64,000 nt of DNA, from the sequence record MG655269.1; one strand, written 5' to 3'. The notes under the pieces are model-generated. The model saw only the letters and a program-made list of their open reading frames with translations. It was not told the DNA's origin and did no database searches. Shown piece after piece: positions 47,621-56,959 of the stretch. The position numbers were made by a program, and so were the translations under genes. Position 1 is the stretch's first letter; each line of letters begins with the position of its first letter.

Positions 47621-48031
47621 ATGCGTACACTTGTTGTTGTTTTAACTGAACCGGCTGAGAACCAATCGATTGCTCTGACTATCCGTGACCCGTATCACGA
47701 GCTTACCTTTGACAAGATCGCAGGCTGGACCGAGTCAGCCACCGGTGACAGTGTATTTCGTGACAAATTCGATTTATTGTGTAACGAACACACCCTGGAA
47801 GTTTTGGTCGATGTAGTTGATGACGGCGACACGCCAACGGTGCATTTCGTCTACAGCAACACCCAGTGGAAAGATTGGGTAAAGTCAGTGGCAAAAGCTT
47901 TTGTTTACAATGACCCGCATTCTCGTAACTTCTGCACGGTGAAGGCAGCAGCCGCTTTACTGACCCGTGCGAAACCAACCCTTAGTGACCAACACAGCGA
48001 TCTGCGTGGCATTGCCTACGTCGAGGAGTAA
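47621..48031 (+). CDS. Hypothetical protein
   Basis: 136 aa, AAGGA RBS. Confidence 0.75.
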   Translation: MRTLVVVLTEPAENQSIALTIRDPYHELTFDKIAGWTESATGDSVFRDKFDLLCNEHTLEVLVDVVDDGDTPTVHFVYSNTQWKDWVKSVAKAFVYNDPHSRNFCTVKAAAALLTRAKPTLSDQHSDLRGIAYVEE

Positions 48032-48033
48032 TC

Positions 48034-48465
48034 ATGGACAACAAGATTCAAGTCGTTATCTTATCGGATGATTCGTATCAGCAACGCTTCCTATTCCTGG
48101 AAGTCCCTGCGCTTGTGAACAACACCGATACCGACATCACCGTCCGCAAGCTTATTAATGAAGCGACCGCAAAAGGCCGCCCTGATTTTAACGTCTCTCT
48201 GATCAGTGCAGGGATCGGTATGATTGCTGGTTCCAATAATGTTACCATGGAATACCAGATCAAAGCGAACTGCTCAGGTGCCGCTGGTGAGATCGCTGAG
48301 TATATCCGCACCGTAGGTAACTACGAGCGGGTACAGGTAGCAACTAAACCCCACATCGCTCTGGCAATGCTACACAACGAAGACTGGGTAGGTAAGCAAA
48401 CCATCGATCTGATGGATGCAACGCCATTCCTGACCATCACTCCAGTTACTGAAGAGACCTGCTAA
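48034..48465 (+). CDS. Hypothetical protein
   Basis: 143 aa, GAGGAG RBS. Confidence 0.75.
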   Translation: MDNKIQVVILSDDSYQQRFLFLEVPALVNNTDTDITVRKLINEATAKGRPDFNVSLISAGIGMIAGSNNVTMEYQIKANCSGAAGEIAEYIRTVGNYERVQVATKPHIALAMLHNEDWVGKQTIDLMDATPFLTITPVTEETC

Positions 48466-48466
48466 C

Positions 48467-49420
48467 ATGGCTGAAGTCATTAAACGCTCGCCGGGGATGA
48501 ATCACCATCCGGCACACCCTGGTATCTGGGTGCCCTTCGAAAGCTATCGTCTGAAAGACTACTACGACATCAAACTGAAAACCGGTGAGGTGTATAAGTG
48601 CTGGTACCCGAACGCCACCGCCTGGTCACCCCGGGGTGAATTGGTCGAAGGTCAGCCGGGTCGGGTAGAAGATGATGACGTGGTGGAGATCCGCCTGTTA
48701 CCCGATGAAGAGATCACTGACCGTTATTGGTTTAAAGGCGATGATCGTCTGAAGCGCAATATCGATTTCTTTGGGGATGTATTGCCGGAAGTGATCACCG
48801 CCGAAGATGGCACGGTAACCTTTAAACCGATCACGCGACGCGTGTTTGATGAGCTGGTGACCAGTAGTTGGGATGGCGAGAAAGCGATCTGGCTACGGGA
48901 GGATGAGTTATCCGTCGAGGAGCTCAAGACCAGGCTCTGGAGTGAGAAGGGTGACATCGATCCTGATTCGATACTGGGTCGGTCATTCACCACTTATCTG
49001 ACGCTACTCTGCACCCAGGCCAAGTACGAGCTTGAGTTGCTGGAAGTACCGTGGAAGGGCAGTACGTTCTACATGAACCTGATGAGCCCCACTGACTATC
49101 AGCGTGAAGCGTGTCTGAATGCAGTGGTCAAACTTGAAGAGTTGGCCGCACAGAAGCAGGCTGAGGAGCGTTTACCTTCTACGCCTTGTCGTGGTGTTGT
49201 TCCCCATCTGCGTAAACAGCGTGCGGCGGTCACGGCAGCGGCGCATACATTGGTATCTGCCTTGGATCGTAAAGCGATAGCTGGCGCCAAGCACATGAAA
49301 GGTGATCGCTTTGTTACCAAAGGCGAAGCACGGGTAGTCGCTGGTCAGAAACTGACCGGGAAGCAATTACGTAAACTGCAGAAGAAACAACGGAGGGCTG
49401 AACGTGGAACAGTCGAATGA
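48467..49420 (+). CDS. Hypothetical protein with a basic C-terminus
   Basis: 317 aa, coupled to neighbours. Confidence 0.75.
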   Translation: MAEVIKRSPGMNHHPAHPGIWVPFESYRLKDYYDIKLKTGEVYKCWYPNATAWSPRGELVEGQPGRVEDDDVVEIRLLPDEEITDRYWFKGDDRLKRNIDFFGDVLPEVITAEDGTVTFKPITRRVFDELVTSSWDGEKAIWLREDELSVEELKTRLWSEKGDIDPDSILGRSFTTYLTLLCTQAKYELELLEVPWKGSTFYMNLMSPTDYQREACLNAVVKLEELAAQKQAEERLPSTPCRGVVPHLRKQRAAVTAAAHTLVSALDRKAIAGAKHMKGDRFVTKGEARVVAGQKLTGKQLRKLQKKQRRAERGTVE

Positions 49421-49712
49421 AGAAATCAAACTGATCAGTGGTGATGAAGAACGTGGCGAAGCTTCGTATTTAGTCGAAAGTGAATACGAAGCCCGTGACG
49501 CGTATCAGCATTTCATTGAGCACTATACTGGCGATTCAATCACCGATGGCGAAGATCAGTGGCATACGGTTGCCAGTGAAGGATTCCTCAGTGACCTTGA
49601 CTATCCGGTGATTGTGATCTTCTACATCAACTGGGATCATGCTGATCGTCATGAAGTGAAGTCAGTTCCCGTCAATGGTTTGAGTGCGCTTGCGCCTCAT
49701 CTGTTTAAATAA
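49404..49712 (+). CDS. Acidic hypothetical protein
   Basis: 102 aa, GTG start with GGAGG RBS. Confidence 0.65.
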   Translation: MEQSNEEIKLISGDEERGEASYLVESEYEARDAYQHFIEHYTGDSITDGEDQWHTVASEGFLSDLDYPVIVIFYINWDHADRHEVKSVPVNGLSALAPHLFK

Positions 49713-49737
49713 GTTCCATTAACCCAAAGAGGTAATT

Positions 49738-50031
49738 ATGTCGTTCACACTGTCAAAGAAACTCGTTCCTGTTCTGCTCACCGCAAAAGACGGCCGTAAG
49801 TACGCCGTTGTTAATGGTGGTAACCGCGCCAAGCTGACCCTCGGCTTTGATGACGGGATCAGTCAGGAGGTTGCTGTGCCTTCTGAGCAGATTCCTGAAG
49901 AAGCGCGCACCAACGGCACCAAACTGTATTTCGATGCAGAAGGTGCGGTGACGGGCTGGGATGCAGCACCGGGTGGAAAGACGAAGTCAAGCACGACTGC
50001 CGGATCAATGACCATGCGTCGTCCTGGCTAA
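49738..50031 (+). CDS. Hypothetical protein
   Basis: 97 aa, GAGGT RBS, strongly biased codons. Confidence 0.75.
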   Translation: MSFTLSKKLVPVLLTAKDGRKYAVVNGGNRAKLTLGFDDGISQEVAVPSEQIPEEARTNGTKLYFDAEGAVTGWDAAPGGKTKSSTTAGSMTMRRPG

Positions 50032-50039
50032 ACCATCAG

Positions 50040-50065
50040 GGGGAGGGAAACCTCCCCTTATGCCG
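50040..50065 (+). terminator. Hairpin (GAAA) + TTATGCCG element
   Basis: GGGGAGG-GAAA-CCTCCCC then TTATGCCG. Confidence 0.8.
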
Positions 50066-50077
50066 TATGGAGGGGTT

Positions 50078-50608
50078 ATGAGTTTATTGATCTACACTGA
50101 CGGGCTGTTAATCGGTGATCGTCGGGGAACACGTAATGCAGAGCATGAGCGATTCATCCGTGACATGAAGAAGACCCATGTTTCGAAATGCAAACGCTTA
50201 GCGTTAGGGGTGGTAGGGGAAGAGATTCATCCAACAGATCTGCCAAAGGTGATGACCTTCTTTATTAACTCGCTGACCGATCACTATCACCGTGAGCATG
50301 ATGTGGGCTATGCCCACAGTTATAGCGAAGAAGAGTCATTGGTAGCTGGCCTTGAGAATCGTCGTTTTATCCTGATGACAGCTGACCGGGCTTTTATCAT
50401 TAACTTCGGCTCTTTGACTGAGATCACTCACGAGCCCTGGTATTGCTCAGGCAACGGAATGGCGATGGCCGATGTCTTTCTGACTGCAGGGATGTCGCCG
50501 GGGAAAGTAATTGAAGCGGTAGCCAAACTCAATCTGGAAGTGGGGCATTCATTTACCCGTGTCGAACAGTCTCGTTTAAAACCCTTGATTAAGAAGGTGG
50601 AAGAATGA
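50078..50608 (+). CDS. Possible Ntn-hydrolase/HslV-like peptidase-fold protein
   Basis: MSLLIYTDGLLIGDRR and YCSGNGMAMA...AGMSPGKVIEAVAKL resemble phage HslV-like proteins; start refined (GGAGG RBS). Confidence 0.45.
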   Translation: MSLLIYTDGLLIGDRRGTRNAEHERFIRDMKKTHVSKCKRLALGVVGEEIHPTDLPKVMTFFINSLTDHYHREHDVGYAHSYSEEESLVAGLENRRFILMTADRAFIINFGSLTEITHEPWYCSGNGMAMADVFLTAGMSPGKVIEAVAKLNLEVGHSFTRVEQSRLKPLIKKVEE

Positions 50609-51117
50609 GCGGCATATTCGCAGCCCAAGGACGTAACCTGGTGTTTCCTACTCAACTAGAAAAAGGGAGTGGGCTTTATTACACCCCGCCTCCTGAAGCG
50701 TTCTGGATGCCTTGGGGGCGATACTTCCCTCTTTCGGCCTCGGGCTTTAACATCCTCGAACATTTCATGACCGGTGGTGACATACCCAGGGAGAGTTCTC
50801 ACCATACTCACGTGTTAGGCATTCTGGTCACACCAAACGGACTGATCTACGAATACATCAATACCGTTGAAGGGATTAGACGGCGGGTTGTTCCTTTGGG
50901 TAAAGGTGCGGTGTATTGTCGCTCTGCCGACCCCCTGCTGGAAGAAGCTATGACGGCAGCGATGGTGGTGCATGATCAGCTGGTTGATGCCATTACGCTG
51001 GTGAGTAAGTCCCGCAAACTGATGGGCCATCAGTACAAATATACAACACTGGACAAAGTATATGCGGAAATAAAGGAACGTAAAATTGTCCTGCAACCGC
51101 CCACGAGGAATCACTAA
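50605..51117 (+). CDS. Hypothetical protein, probable diverged paralogue of 50078
   Basis: 170 aa; similar strand/helix pattern; ATGA overlap. Confidence 0.6.
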   Translation: MSGIFAAQGRNLVFPTQLEKGSGLYYTPPPEAFWMPWGRYFPLSASGFNILEHFMTGGDIPRESSHHTHVLGILVTPNGLIYEYINTVEGIRRRVVPLGKGAVYCRSADPLLEEAMTAAMVVHDQLVDAITLVSKSRKLMGHQYKYTTLDKVYAEIKERKIVLQPPTRNH

Positions 51118-51147
51118 TTTAACCCCTGTTTATATAGAAAGGAAAAT

Positions 51148-51594
51148 ATGAACAACTTTATCAACGATGCTTTAGATATCATTGAACTTAACGAAAGTAG
51201 TGCACGTACTGAACTCTGCCGCAAGCAGGAAGCTTCGTTACCGGCCTATATTCTCAAACTGGCGACCCGACTGGCCAAGAAGATTGCCTATGCAGTTAGC
51301 TTAATGGAGAGACGCGATGAAGGGTATGTTCGTCTTGGTACTTATAGCGATCGCTGGTTACTCTGTTTTGGTGACCGCATCAGCCGTTATGGCATGCATA
51401 CGTCGGGTAAACATGCGCTCTATCTTACCTTGGATTGGGCTACTTTTATCCGTGACCATAAGTTATTTGACGTGGCAAATCACCTACTTCAATTGGCTCT
51501 GGGTAAGTTGCTTCCTGGGCATTGTGTGTTACTGGGCGGTGAAACACCCAAACACGAATTCGAGTTCGTGATCTGCAAACAAACAACAAAATAA
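51148..51594 (+). CDS. Hypothetical protein
   Basis: 148 aa, AAGGA RBS. Confidence 0.75.
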   Translation: MNNFINDALDIIELNESSARTELCRKQEASLPAYILKLATRLAKKIAYAVSLMERRDEGYVRLGTYSDRWLLCFGDRISRYGMHTSGKHALYLTLDWATFIRDHKLFDVANHLLQLALGKLLPGHCVLLGGETPKHEFEFVICKQTTK

Positions 51595-51605
51595 GAGAGG
51601 GCGTC

Positions 51606-52025
51606 ATGCCACAGCGTGGTACAACACCAAGCTTTGCAGAATTCACACAGCAAGAACTGGCAGAGAAGGTAATCCCGATACTGCCAGATTACTGTAACCG
51701 TCTTTGTGGGGTCATGATCAGCACATGCTTTGCACATCGCGTTGGACTTACTGACAAATCTGTACTGCGTTTTGCTGAGTATCACTTCAACCCCACGCCC
51801 GACCTAGCGCGACAAACAGACTGGTCGGTGGAAGTGCGAAGTGAGCAGTGTGTGGTTTATGAACTCAACATCCCCAAGTTTGTCCACGAGGCTGGATTGG
51901 TAAAGCAGTTTTTAGATATCCTCTCCAGCCATCTTGAACTTTATTTCACTGACAGTAAGGTGCTCCTCGGTCATGTACTCCCGCCGTGCTTCCTTACTAT
52001 CCGCATTGAGAAAACAACACCATGA
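51606..52025 (+). CDS. Hypothetical protein
   Basis: 139 aa, GAGG RBS; C-terminus resembles 51148. Confidence 0.75.
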   Translation: MPQRGTTPSFAEFTQQELAEKVIPILPDYCNRLCGVMISTCFAHRVGLTDKSVLRFAEYHFNPTPDLARQTDWSVEVRSEQCVVYELNIPKFVHEAGLVKQFLDILSSHLELYFTDSKVLLGHVLPPCFLTIRIEKTTP

Positions 52026-52789
52026 ATCTTTATCTCGTCTCTGACAGTCGTTATACCCCGCCAGGTGATTTCTACAATAACTGGTTAGTCCACGCTAATA
52101 GTCGTGACAATGCCGCGATGTTGTGTAATTCACGTTGTCTGGTTGATACCTTTGAGATCGGTAGCCTGAACTACAACAACGGCGAACTGATCATGATGCA
52201 CAAGACCGTCCAGCACACGGATGAACCGCGTCTGAAGCAGAAGGTTGGTGATGCACTGTATTATCCTTTAACGGTATCACCTGACAGCAGTGCCTTTGAC
52301 CGTATCATTGGTGAGATCGTGAACAAAGCCGCCTCTCCGTTACCGGAAGGTGTCTCTGTCGATCGCCTTCTCATCAATGCTGACAGTCCTGAAGCGCTGT
52401 TCTTTATCTCGCGCCATGACTTTGGTAGTTCGCGTTGTTACTACAAAATCCCCAGTGAACTCGACAGCCAGATCTCTAAACTGCTGGACTTCAATAAAGG
52501 CGAGCGTATTCCCCGTACGTCCCACGAACCGGTCGTGCTCTCCTGGCGTAGTCGACTGTCCCTCATGATCGCGCGTCAGCATGATGATGCGTACAACCAT
52601 GAGAAGCTGGAGATCTACCGTAAAATGGCATTTGATCTGGTAGCTGCTGCGACTGACCACGAGAACGCTGCACTCGCGATACTGGACCCGGACCAACCCG
52701 AATTCAAAGTCTGGATGCCCGGGATTGATGAAGAGAAGATCCATCAAGCGCTGGATGCGTTTGGCGCACCACGTCAGTTAGGGGAATAG
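52022..52789 (+). CDS. Hypothetical protein
   Basis: 255 aa, ATGA overlap. Confidence 0.75.
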   Translation: MNLYLVSDSRYTPPGDFYNNWLVHANSRDNAAMLCNSRCLVDTFEIGSLNYNNGELIMMHKTVQHTDEPRLKQKVGDALYYPLTVSPDSSAFDRIIGEIVNKAASPLPEGVSVDRLLINADSPEALFFISRHDFGSSRCYYKIPSELDSQISKLLDFNKGERIPRTSHEPVVLSWRSRLSLMIARQHDDAYNHEKLEIYRKMAFDLVAAATDHENAALAILDPDQPEFKVWMPGIDEEKIHQALDAFGAPRQLGE

Positions 52790-52806
52790 CCTATTAGGAG
52801 CTGTTT

Positions 52807-53397
52807 ATGGAGAGGATAACATTAGCTTGGCTAAGAGCTAATCAAGGAAGGAAATCTCTGGAAGATCGTTTGTTTCAATTCGGTCACGTTTATAGTGAGA
52901 GAGATTCCTGTTTCACCTGGCGTGGGATGGTGGATAATTACGGCTACGGAAAGATAAAGGTTAAAAGTAGATTGGTGGGTGCACACAAACTGTCTTATCT
53001 GCTATTCAAAGGGGATATTCCAGAAGGTATGGTAGTTAGACACACGTGCGATAACCCAGTCTGTATTAACCCCTCTCATTTAATCGCGGGTACGGTAAAG
53101 CAAAACGTTCATGATGCAATAGCAAAAGGCCGTGCTTCTTTTCAGAATGTTATCAATTCATCGGTATGTAAGTTTCTGCCGGCCAACGCTATTATTATGG
53201 TAGATAGAAAGATAGGCCCACTACTATGTTATGCAACAACCCGGCGATTAGCCCTTGCTGATAATTCTAAAGTTTACTGGGGTCGTCCGTGTAGGTCACA
53301 CGGCATGCCTTGGAGAAGAACCAGTAATGGCGAATGTGTCTATTGCAGACACGAATACCGAGCAGGTGTGAAGTATACACCTAATGGAAAGAGGTGA
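52807..53397 (+). mobile_element. Free-standing HNH homing endonuclease with a C-terminal Cys/His zinc-finger
   Basis: VVRHTCDNPVCINPSHL...QNVHD (HNH); CRSHG...CVYC; AGA/AGG/ATA-rich codons unlike its neighbours. Confidence 0.85.
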
Positions 53398-53410
53398 TCC
53401 CTTTATCTTC

Positions 53411-53491
53411 CGCGGGTGAGGGTTAGAACCCGGCTGTGGCCGCATAGCCAAAGTCGGTTAATCAAAGTCGACGGATTTGGATTACCCGGCG
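53411..53491 (+). ncRNA. Unassigned structured RNA (closing stem + three hairpins)
   Basis: CGGGTGA/TTACCCG; GGGT-TAGA-ACCC; GGCTGTG-GCCG-CATAGCC; GTCGGTT/AGTCGAC. The G-U pairs work only on +. Confidence 0.5.
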
Positions 53492-53550
53492 TGACTTGTC
53501 ATTGTTTCACTTTGTTCTACTACACAAACAGCTCAACTCTCTCATAATTC

Positions 53551-53581
53551 AAGGGGTGGGGTAACTCACCCCTTTATGCCG
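53551..53581 (+). terminator. Hairpin (GTAA) + TATGCCG element
   Basis: AAGGGGTGGG-GTAA-CTCACCCCTT then TATGCCG. Confidence 0.8.
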
Positions 53582-53596
53582 CAAGGATCTATTATC

Positions 53597-53929
53597 ATGC
53601 AGGAATTCTTCAAAAGCTACGGCACGTACTTCTTTGATGTACTCATGTTTATCATGGTGTTCGCCTGGTGTTTCTGTGGCAGTGGCGGTACACGTCATGA
53701 CAAAAACAAATGGTTGCGTTACGGCGCACCTGTTGCACTTGGTCTTTTTGTTGTGCTGGTCGTCCACGGGTTTGGTGCATTTGATCGTTATCTGGAAAGG
53801 AATAAGTGCGCTGACTTACCAATAGGTATCGGCGTAATGATTGAAGACCGCTGCTACAAGCGCGTTGATGGACCCGTGTACATATCCGCCGACAGTACCG
53901 TGTACAAGGAGAGCAATGTACATGACTGA
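53597..53929 (+). CDS. Small membrane protein (2 TM + Cys pair)
   Basis: Start refined (AAGGA RBS). Confidence 0.7.
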   Translation: MQEFFKSYGTYFFDVLMFIMVFAWCFCGSGGTRHDKNKWLRYGAPVALGLFVVLVVHGFGAFDRYLERNKCADLPIGIGVMIEDRCYKRVDGPVYISADSTVYKESNVHD

Positions 53930-54125
53930 TTTGTGGTTGTACATTGCAATCTTTCTGCTCTGTTATATCTGGGCATTCTTCGGTCTTCCACCTACCGGTA
54001 ATAAAAGAAAGCTTTATCTGTATCCGGGAATCGTTGCAGTAGCGTTCTGTTTAGGTGTAATGGCGATTAAGAACTGCAGTGATTCAACCACACGATATCA
54101 ACCGCTGTACAACGTGCATCAATAA
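53922..54125 (+). CDS. Small membrane protein (2 TM)
   Basis: AAGGAG RBS, ATG 53922. Confidence 0.65.
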   Translation: MTDLWLYIAIFLLCYIWAFFGLPPTGNKRKLYLYPGIVAVAFCLGVMAIKNCSDSTTRYQPLYNVHQ

Positions 54126-54128
54126 CGG

Positions 54129-54156
54129 GAGGAGGCTTTGGCCTCCTCTTATGCCG
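54129..54156 (+). terminator. Hairpin + TTATGCCG element
   Basis: GAGGAGGC-TTTG-GCCTCCTC then TTATGCCG. Confidence 0.8.
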
Positions 54157-54226
54157 ACTATTCTTTTTTGGTTATTTCCTACATCTACCCGCAAATCATT
54201 TAGCCCATTATACACTGGAGTTATTC

Positions 54227-54778
54227 ATGGAAAAGATTACGAGTGATACGATCCTTGCTAAGTTACGTGAGGTGGCAGAAACAAACAAAGAAAACCAACA
54301 TCGGAAACTCCGCTCAATAAGCCAAACCATGGCGTACAACATTGAAGCGATCGTCGAGTTGATTGCCTTATCCGGTGAGATGCACCTTGATCTGCTTGAT
54401 CGATACAAAGTTGACACGCTCATAGAGCCGCATTACAAAGGCAATCAACGGGCTTATAGTCGACTGAGTCATACCGCCTCTATTCACACGGGTATGGAGT
54501 ACCTTGCCGGCAACGCGCACATCTACACCAACAACGAGGGTAAAGAAGCAGTACGAATCGTCTGTACCTTTAAGTTTAAACGCGACTTCCTGCAACCTAG
54601 CTTATTACCTAAGGTGCTTCACTACTGTCTGCAGGAACTTAAGCCGCAACTTGATGACAGTGGTGTTGTCCACTTCCACACACGGGGCGAGCTGGAACAC
54701 CCTCATCTTAAAGCCATTCCGGGCTGGCACGTCGACGCTAACGTCCGTGATAACTCCATTGTCATTAGTTTACGTTAA
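54227..54778 (+). CDS. Hypothetical protein
   Basis: 183 aa, GGAG RBS. Confidence 0.75.
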   Translation: MEKITSDTILAKLREVAETNKENQHRKLRSISQTMAYNIEAIVELIALSGEMHLDLLDRYKVDTLIEPHYKGNQRAYSRLSHTASIHTGMEYLAGNAHIYTNNEGKEAVRIVCTFKFKRDFLQPSLLPKVLHYCLQELKPQLDDSGVVHFHTRGELEHPHLKAIPGWHVDANVRDNSIVISLR

Positions 54779-54788
54779 GGAACCAAAC

Positions 54789-55499
54789 ATGATCGTTGTT
54801 GTTGTTGATACTGAATCGACTGCTTTGGATGAACTCGCGGGTATTCTGAGTTTGTCCGCTATTCGCACTAACGTGGCTGACATGAGTTGCATCAAGCACC
54901 TGATCGGTGTGCACCAAGCCGGCAAGACGCATGACGACATCTTCCATGCCGTATTGAACCTCAATGAACAATACGTGATGGGTCGTACCTTCTTGCAAAG
55001 CACGCAGGATTGGTGGATGAAGAAAACCACCCCGGCGGCAAAGGCATCAGTAACCGGACCAACGCAGTCTGCAAAAGATGCTTTGACAGCATTTGTGGTT
55101 TTCATCGAAAAGGCCATTGAGGCGACGATTAACGAACGCGGGGAGAAAGCGAAGGTCCAGCTGTACTACCGTGGCGACTTCGATGCTAAAGCCATTGCGT
55201 CCCTGGCAAAAGCGGTGGGTGTTGAACTCCCGTATATTTTCAATCAGAACAAAGAGATCCGCACATATATCGATGCCAAGCTGGACACGGATATCGGTTA
55301 TATCCCGTGGCTCGGTTACCCAGAAGGACTGGGGCGTCATAGCTCACTCGATGATGTTCTAATCGATGGCTTCGAGATGGCGGTGGCCTATCGCATCAAT
55401 CACCTCGAAAAGTTCGATAAAAAGTCGGTGCCGGGCGAGATCGCCAAACTGAAAGAAACGTACCCTGTTCCGGAGAAAACCCATGCAAAATCTAAATGA
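54789..55499 (+). CDS. DEDDh 3'-5' exonuclease (DnaQ/DexA-like)
   Basis: VVDTEST (ExoI), RGDFD (ExoII), HSSLDD (ExoIII); start refined (AAGGA RBS). Confidence 0.8.
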   Translation: MIVVVVDTESTALDELAGILSLSAIRTNVADMSCIKHLIGVHQAGKTHDDIFHAVLNLNEQYVMGRTFLQSTQDWWMKKTTPAAKASVTGPTQSAKDALTAFVVFIEKAIEATINERGEKAKVQLYYRGDFDAKAIASLAKAVGVELPYIFNQNKEIRTYIDAKLDTDIGYIPWLGYPEGLGRHSSLDDVLIDGFEMAVAYRINHLEKFDKKSVPGEIAKLKETYPVPEKTHAKSK

Positions 55500-56205
55500 C
55501 CGTATCTTTGCCAATTATGATGGTTACATTGAAGCTATTGATGCGCATTTTAAACCTACCTATCAACTGCAGCTGGCTGAGCAAGTCATCCCGGGTGAGC
55601 AGATGGATAAGCTTGTAACCTGGATGGACCACAACGCCCATGTCAAGGGTGCAACCGTCTACCTGATGGAGTTGGTGCCTGATCTCGATAAACCGCATCC
55701 TGCACAATCAGAGATGCGTGTGTTTATTGCACTCGGTATGTTTAATCGTGAAGTCAACCCTGATTTGCCTTACTGGTGTCATGTACATCGCCATTACCCG
55801 GTTAACCTCGCTGTCGACTTGATTGTTACTGACCTGCAAGGCGTTCCTGTAACCCATGCCGTTCTGACTGCGTTTAAGTCATTTGATCGAGCACGCACCT
55901 ACAGGGATAATCTCGGCGGCAAAGGTGGGCATCAACCGCATCACGAAATCCATACTGGCATTATTGACCAAAGTGGTAAGGTGATCTTCGAAGCCTACGG
56001 GAATATCAACTGGCATACCAAGAATGCCATTCGCCTGCTGGCTGAACGACAGATTTTGCAGGAAGATACCGAGTTGTCAGCGGTGTGGTTACTGGCGGGT
56101 TTAAAAGCAGGTGTTAACTGGAAAGTCGAAGACCATGTTGACATCATGAAAGCAATCGATACTTTCCGTCCGAGGAATACCCATGATTTTAACGGCTATG
56201 TTTAA
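55483..56205 (+). CDS. Hypothetical protein
   Basis: 240 aa, GGAG RBS. Confidence 0.75.
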   Translation: MQNLNDRIFANYDGYIEAIDAHFKPTYQLQLAEQVIPGEQMDKLVTWMDHNAHVKGATVYLMELVPDLDKPHPAQSEMRVFIALGMFNREVNPDLPYWCHVHRHYPVNLAVDLIVTDLQGVPVTHAVLTAFKSFDRARTYRDNLGGKGGHQPHHEIHTGIIDQSGKVIFEAYGNINWHTKNAIRLLAERQILQEDTELSAVWLLAGLKAGVNWKVEDHVDIMKAIDTFRPRNTHDFNGYV

Positions 56206-56947
56206 GAAGTGCTTTGGTGCGTCGTCTGTCTATAAAGAAGATGACGGCAGTACACGCATTACCGCTGACCAGTATGAACTTACGCTGGGTCGATCCTACC
56301 ATCCTAAGCTCAAGCGTAAGGTGGGTCGGGGATTTGGCTTCTATGTCGAAAATGGCGAGAAGCTCGAGTTCGTCTTGCGGGGTTACTGGTTTGTGTTGAT
56401 CGCCTGGAGCAAGAAGCGCAAATCACTCAATTGGGACGAAGCGGAAAATGCACCGACCTACGGCTTCAATGTTGTCGACTCTGACTTAGCGATCTATCTC
56501 GGCAACGAATCCGCTAAGTCAGACAAACACATCAGCATGCGTAGTCGCAGCAAATACATCCCCCTGCCCTGGGCCTGGGTCTTCCATAAGCGTGAAGTGT
56601 TAACCACCCGTGACACCTGGGCTGATGTCAAAGAAGGTGCGCTGTCTCAGGGGTGGTCGTTCCCCGCCACATACGTCACCAAGCACAATGAAGTGCAAGA
56701 GATGATGATCGAAGCAACGATGGAGCGCATGACCTGGCGCCTGGCATGGCTCCCTTGGTTCGCACCGGTTACCAAGAAAGACCGCTCGGCAAGTTACAAA
56801 TACCACGGGAACGGTGGTAACGGGGTTGGTCACGATGCCAGTGGGTGGAAAGGCGGGGTCATCGGTGGTGGGGTCATCATGCGGGATAATGAGCACAACC
56901 CGAAAGAAACATTCGACCGTTTAATTAAAGAGCAGCATTACGGCTAA
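56183..56947 (+). CDS. Hypothetical phage protein (SGWKGG motif)
   Basis: 254 aa; the start could also be 56198. Confidence 0.7.
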   Translation: MILTAMFKKCFGASSVYKEDDGSTRITADQYELTLGRSYHPKLKRKVGRGFGFYVENGEKLEFVLRGYWFVLIAWSKKRKSLNWDEAENAPTYGFNVVDSDLAIYLGNESAKSDKHISMRSRSKYIPLPWAWVFHKREVLTTRDTWADVKEGALSQGWSFPATYVTKHNEVQEMMIEATMERMTWRLAWLPWFAPVTKKDRSASYKYHGNGGNGVGHDASGWKGGVIGGGVIMRDNEHNPKETFDRLIKEQHYG

Positions 56948-56959
56948 GAAGGAAAGCAC

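Noticed and set aside
53386-53420. Resemblance to E. coli selC (GGAAG...ATCTTCCGC, GGTGAGG)
   Set aside because: Short matches in the wrong order; no UCA anticodon arm, T-arm or CCA.
52807-53491. HNH + RNA as IscB/HEARO or a group I intron
   Set aside because: No RuvC or PLMP domains, the RNA is short, no P/Q/R/S intron core was found, and neither flanking gene is interrupted.
46579-53578. ORF-track starts at 46579, 50060 and 53576 that use the ATG inside TATGCCG
   Set aside because: Only 3 of 10 + oriented copies with a downstream + gene are in frame (chance expectation), and each gene has a better downstream ATG with an RBS.
54504-54788. 95-codon N-terminal extension of the exonuclease
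   Set aside because: Overlaps the 54227-54778 gene in another frame; the RBS and ExoI motif place the start at 54789.
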